Positions 52,633-64,000 of a DNA stretch of 64,000 bases are shown here, in pieces. Within the stretch, counting starts at the first letter, position 1. The number at the start of each line of letters is the position of its first letter. The DNA lies in the NCBI RefSeq assembly GCF_006345805.1, contig NW_021834485.1, positions 1 to 64,000 of the forward strand. Reading direction: 5' to 3'. Origin of the DNA: Octopus sinensis (lineage: Eukaryota). The notes beneath the pieces were generated by a model, which saw only the letters and a list, made by a program, of their open reading frames with translations, was not told the origin of the DNA and did not search any database. A program made the position numbers and the translations under genes.

Positions 52633-52997
52633 TTACGATGTATGTTTGTGTACATGTGCTTGTATACGTGTGCATGTGTGTATTTGTCACTGTATGTGAC
52701 TGTGATTGTATGTGTATGTGCGTGCATGTATGTGTGTGTATGTAGCAGCACGAACAACAGTAGCAGCAGCAGCAGCAGCAGCAGCTTTTCAGATATGTGA
52801 TCAATACACGAATGTAGGTCTTGGTCTTCTTAATATATATTTAATAACAAATATGTGGTATTGGTATTACTGCAGACATTCAATATCGTTGTACATACAT
52901 TTGTACATATACATACGAAAGTACATGCATAAATATATAAGTACTTACGTATACATACGTAAGCATAAACGTACACACATAAATACATAAGAACGTG

Positions 52998-53475
52998 TAA
53001 GTGGTCTGATCAATAAGTATCCGGACTGTTGCTATAGTAACGAAGTTAAAGCACGGAAAGTGAAGGTGCTTGGTACAGATTCACCTTGGACTCTGTAGTG
53101 TATGTGCACTAAGTTTTAACGTTCTAGCTCACTTCCGTTGTTTACAGCAGTGTTTGGAAGGAAGGTGTGTAGCGTGTGATGGTCGCATTGACCATGACAG
53201 AGAAAGTTGAGCGGAGAGTCTACATCAAATTTTGCCGAAAGCTCGGTGATGCTCAGAGGCCTTCGCAAAGTTTTCAAAAAGTTTTCATCGTTCTCGACAC
53301 AATCAAGGAGATCTTGTGTTACTGAAACCCGAGTGTCTTTTTGGTCAGCTGAAAGCAGTTTTGGCACAGACCTGGCAGGCACGCGTCTCACGCCCAAATC
53401 TTCAGTGATAATGGACTGAAACTGAACTGTAACTAATCTGCACATCCTCTGATAACTCACGGATGGTCATTCGCC
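52998..53475 (+). mobile_element. Truncated mariner with an internally inverted transposase segment
   Basis: 5' TIR-like gtggtctgatcaataagtatccggact; plus-strand MTEKVERRVYIKFCRKLGD from 53194; minus-strand RRMTIRELSEDVQISY..SIITEDLGVRRVPARSVPKLLSADQKDTRV at 53265-53475. Confidence 0.8.
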
Positions 53476-54054
53476 GATATATATATATATATTAGCCTTG
53501 ATATTAACTCTCACGCGACTCTGCATCTTTCTTTCTTTCTATTCCATTCCCTTTTTCGTCTTTTTTCCCTCACTTAACTTGTCTCTTCCTCTCTCTCTCA
53601 TTCTTCATTCTCTCTCTCCCCCTCACCATTCTTCATGGTCTCCTCGCACCATTCCCCTTCTTCTCTCCCTTCCTCTTGCTCCTCCTCCCCCATTCCCGTC
53701 GTCCATCTGCGACGATACTTCCGTCGTAACTGCTATCCTGTCTTTTCTCGCCCGCCTTCTAAGGCCACTGGTCGACATTCCTGCTCTCTCGTCGTCCACT
53801 ATAATCCAGCGTTTGCAATACGTTTTTCGTCTGGCGTAAACAGCCCTTCTTATCTTGTTCTCCTTGTCCTGTCTCTTACTGTTATATATTTATTTTTCCA
53901 CTGTTTATATATATTTTTTTACTGTTTATATGTTTGTACTGTCGTTACCGTCTTGCGTTTTTTACCATTTTTTACCCCTCTGCGAAAAGATCTCAGAATT
54001 TTAATTGATTTGCTTTTCGCAGGAAGGAAGTTTCTTCGAAGATACGTCTCGCTT

Positions 54055-54294
54055 TTATCCTTCGAAACGTAGAGTAGATGAAATCTTAGCGACTGAAGAA
54101 GGGGTTTTTTCGTTGTGCTCATTGTCCTGTACCCCCCTTTTTTTCTTGTCCTGTTCCTTGGTTTGTGTCTTGTTTTTCGTCTCTCTATGTGTTCGACGTC
54201 TTTTTGGTGTCCTGTGCACATATATGCGTGTATATGTACATGTAGAGGTAGGTACGTACATATATGTTTATATATATGCATATGTTCTTTTATT

Positions 54295-54300
<6 letters not shown>
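54055..54300 (+). mobile_element. Dispersed repeat, homologue of 26478-26722
   Basis: Shared body and shared low-complexity end gtagaggtaggtacgtacatatatgtttatatatatgcatatgttct. Confidence 0.7.
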
Positions 54301-54353
<53 letters not shown>

Positions 54354-54378
54354 GTATGTGTATGTATGTGTGTGTATA

Positions 54379-55628
54379 CACGGGTTGGACAAAATAATGG
54401 AAACATCTTAAAATTTCAAACAAATTTATTTCAATATGGGGTAGGACCGCCTTTGGCAGTAATTACAGCTTGAATTCTACGAAGTATGGACTCGTACATA
54501 GTTTGGATTGTTTCCAAAGGAATTTTTGTCCATTCTTCAGTTAAATCAGTCTCCAATTCTTGTAGTGATGATGACGGAGGATATCAACTTCTTACTTGTT
54601 TTTCTAAATGTTCTATAATATTGAGATCAGGGGACAATGGTGGCCAGAAAAGATGTTCAACTTCACTAGAATGTTCCTCGTGCCATTCAGTAACAGCTTT
54701 AGCTGTGTGAATTGGTGCATTTATCATCCTGGAAGATTGCGTTTCCCTCCGGTTCCGCAACCAAAGGATGAATTTGGTCAGATAAAATGCTTAAATAGTC
54801 TTGACTATTAATTCTGCCATAAAGGAAAACCATTGGGCCGGTGGATTTCCAAGATATAGGCCCCCAGGCCATCACAGATCCTCCTCCATGTTTAACAGTT
54901 GGAAGAAGGCAGTCTGGGTCAAATGCTTCTTTTAGCTGTCTACACACGTATACTCGTCCGGTGGTCGGAAATAAGGTAAAAAATGACTCAATCGAGAAAA
55001 TAACATTCTTCCACTGCTCTAGGGGCTAATTATGTTGGTTTTTACTCCACTCTAAATGCTTTGCAACATTTGCTTTTGAAAGTAGTGGTTTTCTGATTGC
55101 AGCCCTCCTGTGAAATCCGGCTTTGTGCAGCTCCTGGCAAACAGTTTTTGTAAAAACTGGGTTTTCAAGGTGGTCATTAAGCTCTGCAGTAATTTTGGGA
55201 GCTGTACTTTTGTGATCCTTTCTAACAATTCGCGTAAGAGTCCAACAGTACCTATCTGAAAATTTTGGTTTTCTTCCGGAGTTTTATTTCGTCGAGGAGG
55301 TATTTCCCTCTTTCTCAAAGGCTGTCATTACTTTCGAGACAGTACTTCTTGATACCAAACATTTCAGCTGTTTTTCGCTACGCTAGCGCCTGCCATACGA
55401 GCACCAACAATTTGACCTCTTTGAAAGTCCGAATAGATCGGTCATTTTAATGAATTTTAATTATCTTTTCTGATGATATCTGAAAAGAAACAGCAACATT
55501 AGCAAAACATATTAAGCAACACTAATAATAAATCAAAAAACATAAAAAAAGCTTTTGACGGTTTTATAGATATTTTAAAATCATGATGTTATAATGCTAG
55601 CTGTTTCCATTATTTTGTCCACCCCTTG
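54379..55628 (-). mobile_element. Tc1-like DNA transposon with both TIRs and TA TSD
   Basis: TA|CACGGGTTGGACAAAATAATGGAAACA ... TGTTTCCATTATTTTGTCCACCCCTTG|TA (27 bp, 2 mismatches). Confidence 0.92.
54431..55445 (-). pseudogene. Tc1 transposase pseudogene
   Basis: Start MTDL..FQRGQIVGARMAG, then IRKPLLSK, PTVKHGGGSVMAWG, FQDD, SPDLNIIE, ending GGPTPY*; several frameshifts, and the first catalytic motif reads VIFSIES. Confidence 0.88.
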
Positions 55629-56193
55629 TATATACAAAGCTACATACATAGCTTCATACATATTAACTTATCAACATATATAAACATATGATTTTTGTTA
55701 TATCTCCACCTATATACGTAACGCACATATTGATTACCAATCCTAGAAATCAATATCCGCATTAATAATATATTACATAACACACTCACACACGCATATG
55801 AATATAAATAAATATATATCTAAACATGTAGATGGGATGTATTTGTGTCAAATGAATCCTGCTAGTATATAATCGATGAAATTGTTCTCAGAATTTGTTC
55901 TAACACAACACAGCAGAGCATTTACCAAATGCATCCATCCAAATCAAAGGCTGGTGTTAACAATATATGACAATTGAGAAATCTTATCTTTGAGATAAAT
56001 AATGAATGACCAACCCATAATTCCCTGAATAAACTTGATATGACCAATAGCATCTATTAATTATATAGCAAAGCATGAAGTTTGTCCAATTTACACAGGA
56101 CACGCGATCACTGCGCTTTTACGTAGGTTAACAATGCACTTTGTGTTCAGAGCTGTTACAACACATGTAAGGTATATACAGAGACACATCACC

Positions 56194-56229
<36 letters not shown>

Positions 56230-56332
56230 TACCATGTATAGAGAGACCCACTATTATATATATATATACACTACCATATATAGAGTAACCCACTAATATA
56301 TATATATATATCATACTATATATATATGCCCG

Positions 56333-56718
56333 CTTCACAAGGCCAGCAATTTTGTGACGGGTGGGCAGTCAATTAAATCGATCCCAGTGCGTAACTGATA
56401 CTTAATTTATCGACCCCGAAATGATGAAAGGCAAAGTCGACCTCGGCGAAATTTGAACTCAGAACATAGAGGCAGACGAAATACCTATTTCTTTATTACC
56501 CACAAGGGGCTAAACACAGAGGGAACAAACAAGGACAGACATAGGTATTAAGTCGATTACATCGACCCCAGTGCGTAACTGGTTCTTAATTTATCGACCC
56601 CGAAATGATGAAAGGCAAAGTCGACCTCGGCGAAATTTGAACTCAGAACGTAGAGGCAGACGAAATACCACTAACCATTTCGCCCGGCGTGCTAACGTTT
56701 CTGCCGGCTCTCCGCCTT
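56333..56718 (-). mobile_element. SINE family A dimer
   Basis: Junction at 56478-56491. Confidence 0.85.
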
Positions 56719-56934
56719 AAACTCATGTAGTTATTGCAACACAATAAATAACATGTAGCAATTACAATACCACACACTGTAGATTTACTACAGCACACTA
56801 GAAAATATAGAGTTAAAACTAAAGAACATGTAGCTATTGCAACGCAGCATGTAGCTATTACTACACAACATGCAGCTTATTACAACACGCCGCACGACAT
56901 GGAGATATTTTTAACACACGACACAATACGGAGC

Positions 56935-57150
56935 TACGAGGGAATACTGAAAGGTTCCTGACTTTAAGGGTGTCCCGAAAGGCTTGATTGGAGGCCCAAC
57001 CTTCCAAGTTCTTTTACGGGGTTTTAAAAACTAAAGGACCGCAGTAATAAGCGTGTGAATCTGAGAGGGGAATATGTTGAATAAAATCATAATTAAATGA
57101 TTCTCCTGTGTTTTCTTTTACACAAAACCAGGAACTTTTCAGTACTTATA
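56935..57150 (+). mobile_element. mariner-derived MITE, copy 1 (empty Helitron site)
   Basis: TIR-like tactgaaaggttcctg / caggaacttttcagta; the internal sequence resembles a mariner C-terminus (..VNLRGEYVE*). Confidence 0.75.
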
Positions 57151-57246
57151 TATGTATGTATGTGTACATGTTTGAATATAAGTATGCGTTTATACACACA
57201 CACACACATACACACACACAAACAAACAAATACATATACATATGTA

Positions 57247-57874
57247 TATAAGGGCACGCTGAAAAGTTCGTGGCCTTAAGGGTATCGCGAAAGGTTTGGT
57301 TTAAGGGCCAACATTCCGAGTTCTTTTACAGGGCTTAGAAAACCTTAAGGACTACTGCAATAAATATGTGAATCTGAGAGGAGAATATCTTTATATATAA
57401 AAGTGAAGTTGTGTGTCTGTCTGTCTCCTACGATTTAGATTCCTAACTACTCCCACATTTTGCGGTGCAGTGTAACCAAAAGCGGGTATCTTATAGTCGT
57501 GATTCATATCGAGCTCTTCTGGGTATTAGCGCGCGTCTACGATGAGTCTACGATTTAAAAAAAAATTTACCATAATTTTTTTCCCATTTTTAATGCATTT
57601 TTTTTGTTGCTATTATATAAGGGAAGTAACTCTCTAAAAATGTATTATTAAATCTCAGAACGTAAAAAGCTACAGTAACACCCCCCCTTTGTGGTTAGCC
57701 ATATTGAGATGGCTATTATACTTTACATCTCTAAAAATGCTTATATAGTTATTTCCCTTATAAACCCGAGCAACGCCGGGCGATACTACTAGTGTTGAAT
57801 AAAATCATAATTGACTGATCCTCCTGTATTTTCTTTTTTTCCTAAACCGGGGACTTCTACAGCATTCCCTCGTA
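57247..57874 (+). mobile_element. mariner-derived MITE, copy 2, interrupted by a Helitron
   Basis: gctgaaaagttc ... cagcattccctcgta; colinear with copy 1 on both sides of the insertion. Confidence 0.8.
57388..57792 (+). mobile_element. Non-autonomous Helitron (405 bp)
   Basis: 5' TC, 3' CTAG, subterminal hairpin CCCGAGCAACGCCGGG at 57765-57780, inserted between A and T with no TSD. Confidence 0.88.
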
Positions 57875-59048
57875 TTATTATACTACAGATCATTTAGTCG
57901 TTAAGAAACACCACACTAAATGTAGTTATTGCCAACCCACTACTGAATCCAAAGGCCTGATTGAAGGACTAGCTTAATATGTTGTTATTACGATACACTA
58001 CATTGGACTAGATCTTTTTGTTAACCCGTACATAACATGGTCCGACAGCCCGGCTGTATGTTACAAGAAGTCATTGCATTGTAATAACATGATAAGGAGC
58101 CATTGCCAGGCACGATGACATTACACAACGCAACACTAAATACTGGAAACAATTTACCGAACCATTTCCCGAAGGAATACTCAGCCGAAATTTACGAAAG
58201 AAAAAAAAGAAAAAGGAATGGAAAACAATAACTTCTGACAGAAATATAAAACTGAAGAATCAATTATCTCGGCTGAATATTGTTGGGGGATAAAGATGAC
58301 AATGGCAGATTAAAATATGTTTAATCTAGGGGAAACGAAAAATGTGGTATTGATGCAACGAAACCATTAGAGATTCCTTCTTCCTTTGAATTCATCCTGC
58401 TATCAATCCTGCCATTCTGACATACGTTGTTTAGAATGAGCCTTGGTGTGGTCGATTGACTTGCTAAAAGTACCAGCCAAATCTGCCTCAGTTCACACTT
58501 TACTGTCTTTAGAAAATGATATTGTTTCTCTATGTATTATGATTAATTTATAAGAAGGAATAGCCACTAATGGAATGGCTCTGAAAATAGTTTCTTCTGG
58601 TTCAACACTGACCAGGGGTTAAATAACGACGACGATGACAACAACAACGACAACGACGAAAACAAAAACAAAATGTCGTCAACACTATCAAGGGTGCTTC
58701 AAGATGACATTTTGTCCAGCATGACATAGCAGACAAATTACCCTCAAAATATTTCTACCGTCTTATTGAAAGCAAAGACAAATTGCATTATGTGTTTACA
58801 GATACACCATGTTTAATTATAAGAGGAAAAGGTCATAAATGGAACGTCTTCGATCATAAGTCTTCTCGAAAAGTGTTGAGACAATAGGGGGGTTAGGGCT
58901 TAGAACATCTACATACCTGAATTTATTTATACACTAAAATCTCGAAGAGTAGTGATCACCCACACAGACATAAATATATATATATTTATGTATATATATA
59001 TATATATATATATATTTATGTATATATATATATATATTATATATATAT

Positions 59049-59123
<75 letters not shown>

Positions 59124-59127
59124 CATT

Positions 59128-59335
59128 CTTTTATTCTTTTATGTGTTTCGGTCATTTGACTTCGGCCATGCTGCAGCAGCACCTTTATTCGAACAACTCG
59201 ACACCAGGACATTTTTCGTTGTAAGCCTTGTACTTATTCTGTCGGTCATTTTGCCGAATCGCCAAGTTACGGGGACGTAAACATACCAACATCGGTTGTC
59301 AAACGATGGAAGGGGACAAACACAGACACATACAA
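59128..59335 (-). mobile_element. SINE family B, 3' half
   Basis: Tail homology. Confidence 0.75.
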
Positions 59336-59350
59336 ATATATGTGCGTGTG

Positions 59351-59406
<56 letters not shown>

Positions 59407-59433
59407 AGAAGACTCTCACAACCATCATAGAAC

Positions 59434-59498
<65 letters not shown>

Positions 59499-59859
59499 AA
59501 GCAGTAGCAGCAGTAGCAACAGTAGTAAGTGGAGGAAGAGGAAGAGTAGGAGGAACAATGACTATAGTAACAGCAGCAACAACAAAACCATAGACGAGAA
59601 GAAAAGAACAAACACTTCTGACATACCCACCACCACCACCACCACCATCCTCCCCTCCACCACCAGTGCAGTTGCACTCTGAGGCACCCTATCCCCACCC
59701 TGCCCCTACAGACTCACCACCTTCTCCCGTCACACCGCCATTGATGTTCCAAAGCGCGGGAAACTTTACGTAAAAGAGATTTATATCGTTTGAGTTTTGT
59801 TGTTGGTTGTCTTAACGACTGTCTGGGGATATCGAAACGGTTATAGCAGCATTCGATTT

Positions 59860-60560
59860 GTTTCGATTGAGCCACCAACACCACCACCACCACAACCACC
59901 ATCACCACCATGAATTCTTCGCCACCACTACTACCACCACAGCCACCACCATCATCACAGCTCTACCACTACCATCACCGCTCCGTCACCACCATCACCG
60001 CTCTGGCACCGTCACCACCACCGCCACTCGACCACCACCATTATCGCTCCGCCACCACCTTCTCCGATACACCACCGCTCCGCCGCCACGACCATCACCA
60101 CCACTACTATTTACCTCTTCTCTCCACCATTCGCCAACACCATCACCAACTTTGCCATAACTTACATCATAACATCATTTCACCTAACACCACCACCACC
60201 ACAGTCATCATCTTCATCATCTTCATCGTCGTCATCCTCCTCCTCCTCCTCATCATCATCATCATCTCTACTACGATCAACACTACCACCGCCACCATCA
60301 CAATCTTCACCACCATCTTCTCCACCATTCTGATACTAACAACAATAATAAAGACGCTCGTACTATCATCAACACTTATTCACTGTCACAATCACCACCA
60401 CCACCATCATCACTGCATAATATTACAACTACAACCACAACCACCACCACCACATTTGTGTAATAACACCACCACCATCAGCACTGCATAATACTACAAC
60501 CACAACCTCCACCGCCAGCACCAGCACCGTTACGTAAAAACGCCACCACCACCACAACCA
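59860..60560. repeat. Degenerate (CCA/CAT)n low-complexity region
   Basis: Directly visible; similar regions at 41480-41990 and 35900-36480. Confidence 0.85.
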
Positions 60561-61447
60561 TTCTTCATAACAACCCCAAACCTCGCCATTTCTACGCCAT
60601 TGCTAATCATGCTACCCTGAGACAAAACCTAGGCTCGAAAGAATTGGCCTTCACCGACTTCTCGCACAGACAGACATGCATTCACGCCACTGCATCACAA
60701 CTACCACCACCAGCACCATCATTACCACCTCCTGTATTACCCAGAATTCCGCAGCACATTACCAGACGTACAACGACACCACACCCACCCACTCACCCCC
60801 TTACGCATCGTCTCCCAGTTATAATTGCGTTTATATTAATAACGTCTCTACATCATCAGACACATCATATCCACCACCGCCACCATCATGAGATACAAAA
60901 CACCACCACCACCACCGCGAACAGACACCGCACCGCCAAAAAAATTAAAGGCCTCAGTAGGACAGTACACACCTCCCACCGCTAAACACAACCCAAAACA
61001 TCAGCAGAAACCTACACACCGCCGCTACCGAAACGCAATACGTACAGCACACCACACCATCAGAAACCCAGCATACCCCCAGCAGGGACAGTACACACCC
61101 CAACACCACCACGCCTCGTCACCAATTCCACATAGAGATGTTTACAATATATTTATTTGTCTATTATCTTAACGACCAACATTTCACCACAACTGAATCA
61201 AGCAAATAGTACAGACGTCCTAAACAATTAAGACTGTTCTTCTTTATTGGCGAACGTATTGCTGTGTTTTGGAGATTGTATATGCATTCATGATGTATAT
61301 ACACACATGTGCGAGCACCAACATATACACACATTTACACATTTATGAGTGTATGAAAATAGTCTATTACGTCTATTATCTGCATTTTCTTTAATTTGTT
61401 TATATACGCATATGTATATATATTGATATACATGCATATATACTTAA

Positions 61448-61526
<79 letters not shown>

Positions 61527-61643
61527 ACACATATATATGTATACATACGTATATACGTATATAAATATACATACATATATATATGTGTGTGTATATATAT
61601 GCATGTATATATAAACAAGGAAAATGCCGGTAATAGACATGTG

Positions 61644-61699
<56 letters not shown>

Positions 61700-61951
61700 A
61701 AATAAGAAAATGGAGAAATATATCTAAATCATTCATCAACTATCAGATAATACCGAATCATATCTTTATTAAAACACTACACAAGAGCATTAAGATTAGA
61801 CATTAATACAGTACAATAATTACAATCAATATAATGAGATATAACTAAATAAATATAACAAGATATAAAAATACATATACATTATAATTGACAGCTGTTT
61901 CGGCCATGCAGATATGTATGTCTCATTTAACCTATATTAGCCATATATTGC

Positions 61952-62009
<58 letters not shown>

Positions 62010-62029
62010 ATATATATATACATATGTAT

Positions 62030-62387
62030 ATATGGGTACAGGACGTCACCAACAGTAAACAACATGAATACGAAAACAAATGAGCTCAATGCGCAAACAA
62101 CGAGAGAAACAAATGGAAAACAGGACAAGTAACATAAAGAACGACCCTTCATCAGTTTGTCGGCTGTCAATCTACTCCTCATTTCGAGCATTGAACGGCA
62201 ATATGAGTTGCTCCCATAAGTACCAAAATAAAATTTGGGATTTATGGATTGTCAAAATTGGGAACAAAAACAGGACAGGGGAGACATACAAGGAAATCTA
62301 ACGAAAACAAACATGGAGGGACGTTACACCAGAACGAGGGTAAAATAGCGAACGCTGGAGAAATATTTCATGCTGTTTATTGTCGTG

Positions 62388-62390
<3 letters not shown>
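62030..62390 (-). mobile_element. TA-flanked dispersed repeat related to 26478 and 54055
   Basis: Shares gtcctgtac(a/c)catatat and cgaaa..gagtagat..ctgatgaaggg blocks. Confidence 0.55.
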
Positions 62391-62439
<49 letters not shown>

Positions 62440-62762
62440 GCACAATATATGGATTTATATCATCTAGTAGTGTTAATCACAAAAACACCTTTATTGGACC
62501 GGGTTACAATCCAATAGTAAACCAGAAGGTTAAGAGTGTAGTGCAAAGTCCTATGCAGTTGGAATCCAGTGAATCAATCAGTGAAAATGGTTTCATGAGG
62601 CCTGTATTACATAAAATAGACCTGTGTGTCTGTTCGCTTTTCAGTCAAAAACCGCTATGCGAATTGGTTCCATAATTGATGTGCATGAATAATTTGACCT
62701 CGGATACATAATAGGGTCTTCATTTATTTCTTTTATTAAAACTAAGTTAAGTCAATAATATT

Positions 62763-62988
62763 ATTTTCTACTCTAGGCACAAGGCCCGAAATTTTTTGTG
62801 GTGGGGGTAGGGGGCCAGTCGATTAGATCGACCCCAGTACGCAAATGACCCTTAGTTTATCGACCCCGAAAGGATAAAAGCAAGTCGACCTTGGCGGAAT
62901 TTGGATTCAGAACGTAAAGACAGACGAAATACTGCCAAGCATTTCCATTTCGCCTAGCATGCTAACGGTTCTGCCAGCTCGCTGCCTT
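62763..62988 (-). mobile_element. SINE family A monomer
   Basis: Head, central domain, tail. Confidence 0.85.
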
Positions 62989-63409
62989 TAAACTAAATGT
63001 TGCTTTATATATATGATTCACTTCTTTAAAAAAAAAAAGGGGGGGGGGGTTCAATGTCAACTTCCGGTATTGACGTAGCAAGGGGATTTTCAATGCTTAG
63101 TTCCAGTACTGACGTAGCAGCTACCGCTACCTAGACAGACACATGTATGTATGACCGCTTTTATTTCATTTCAGAACCTGTGTTCTTGAGTACTAAATGT
63201 ATTACTTTCTGAGAAATACACTGACTTTACACTACAAGCAAAGAGTTCAATGTTCAGGCTATGAGTTTATAACCCGAATGAAACCGGGTCCTTCTGCTTG
63301 TAGAACATAAAGTTTAACAGAAATCTGTGGAATCATACATGCAAAATGTGGATCCTTAATTGTAAGTTTTTATCGGGATAAGAACTTCGTTGTTGGTTGT
63401 TTCCTATAA

Positions 63410-64000
63410 TTATTTATTGAATGACATTTGAAATTCCTGACAATCCCCAGCTTCATTTGTTGTATGATAAAAGAGTCGCCGAGGGGATACGTAAAATGTA
63501 AAACTATTTCCATAAGCAGAAACCAACTGAGATTCAAGAATGAACTTCGGGGTTATCAAAGTTCATGACAAATTAAATGTGTAAGGATTGGCCCATATCA
63601 AGTAAATTAAGTTGAATTGCAGGTACAGAATCGTGAGTAAACCAATTATGGAATAATACTTCAGCCAGTCATGCATTCTTTGCGGAATGAGACACGCAAA
63701 TGTTTGGTTCTTTTCAAGGCTTTATGACGATGGAACTTACCAGTCCCAAAGAGTTCTATATGCTGAGCAGATGTATTTGCGTGTCTAAGAACTTTCAATC
63801 GTTCTCTATTAGACTTGAAACCACTAACATTTGCATCATTAGAACTTCCACAAATTTTCTTTGGTAAGCATTTCCAATAAAGACTAGTTTTACCGGCATC
63901 GTATACTTAATTATGTTCTGTTAAAGGTCTTCCAGCTGACGTGGCTTTCGAAAGATAGCACCTTGGCTACTAAAAAATCAGATTTGTGGCCAATTTTGGT
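63410..64000 (-). pseudogene. pogo/Tigger (CENP-B-like DDE) transposase relic, running off the window end
   Basis: Manual translation: VYDAGKTSLYWKCLPKK..SGFKSNRERLKVL..GTGK..FHNWFTHDSVP..FDNP..IIQQMKLGIVRNFKCH, matching YNADETGLFWK..GFK..KERLT..DWF..IQPMDQG; stops and frameshifts present. Confidence 0.8.

Noticed and set aside
115-62675. Remaining ORF-track entries rich in YI, CV, HT, LSIY, poly-L or poly-V
   Set aside because: Translations of di-, tri- and tetranucleotide microsatellites or SINE sequence.

Overview
AT-rich, extremely microsatellite-dense eukaryotic DNA. The repeat repertoire looks to me like a coleoid cephalopod (octopus) nuclear genome; this is an inference from recalled repeat families, not a database result. 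No intact host protein-coding gene is supported, and almost every ORF in the supplied track is a translation of simple repeats. The window is a mosaic of (i) four tRNA-derived SINE families, labelled A-D here, (ii) short Penelope-like-element (PLE)-type termini carrying minimal hammerhead ribozyme motifs, with six recognisable copies and covarying stems, (iii) decayed DNA transposons (a TIR-complete Tc1, a rearranged mariner, a pogo/Tigger transposase, and mariner-, Tigger- and piggyBac-type MITEs) plus a non-autonomous Helitron whose empty site is also present, (iv) fragments of RLE-type and RTE-type LINEs, and (v) a 3-kb composite tandem-repeat block. That block is a 34-bp minisatellite that appears to derive from a SINE segment, abutting a ~73-bp satellite packed with STAT-, NF-kB- and ETS-like motifs and containing an inversion centre. 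The best leads are the hammerhead-bearing elements that sit against (TA)n tracts, the SINE-A concatemers with a fixed palindromic junction, and the composite satellite block.
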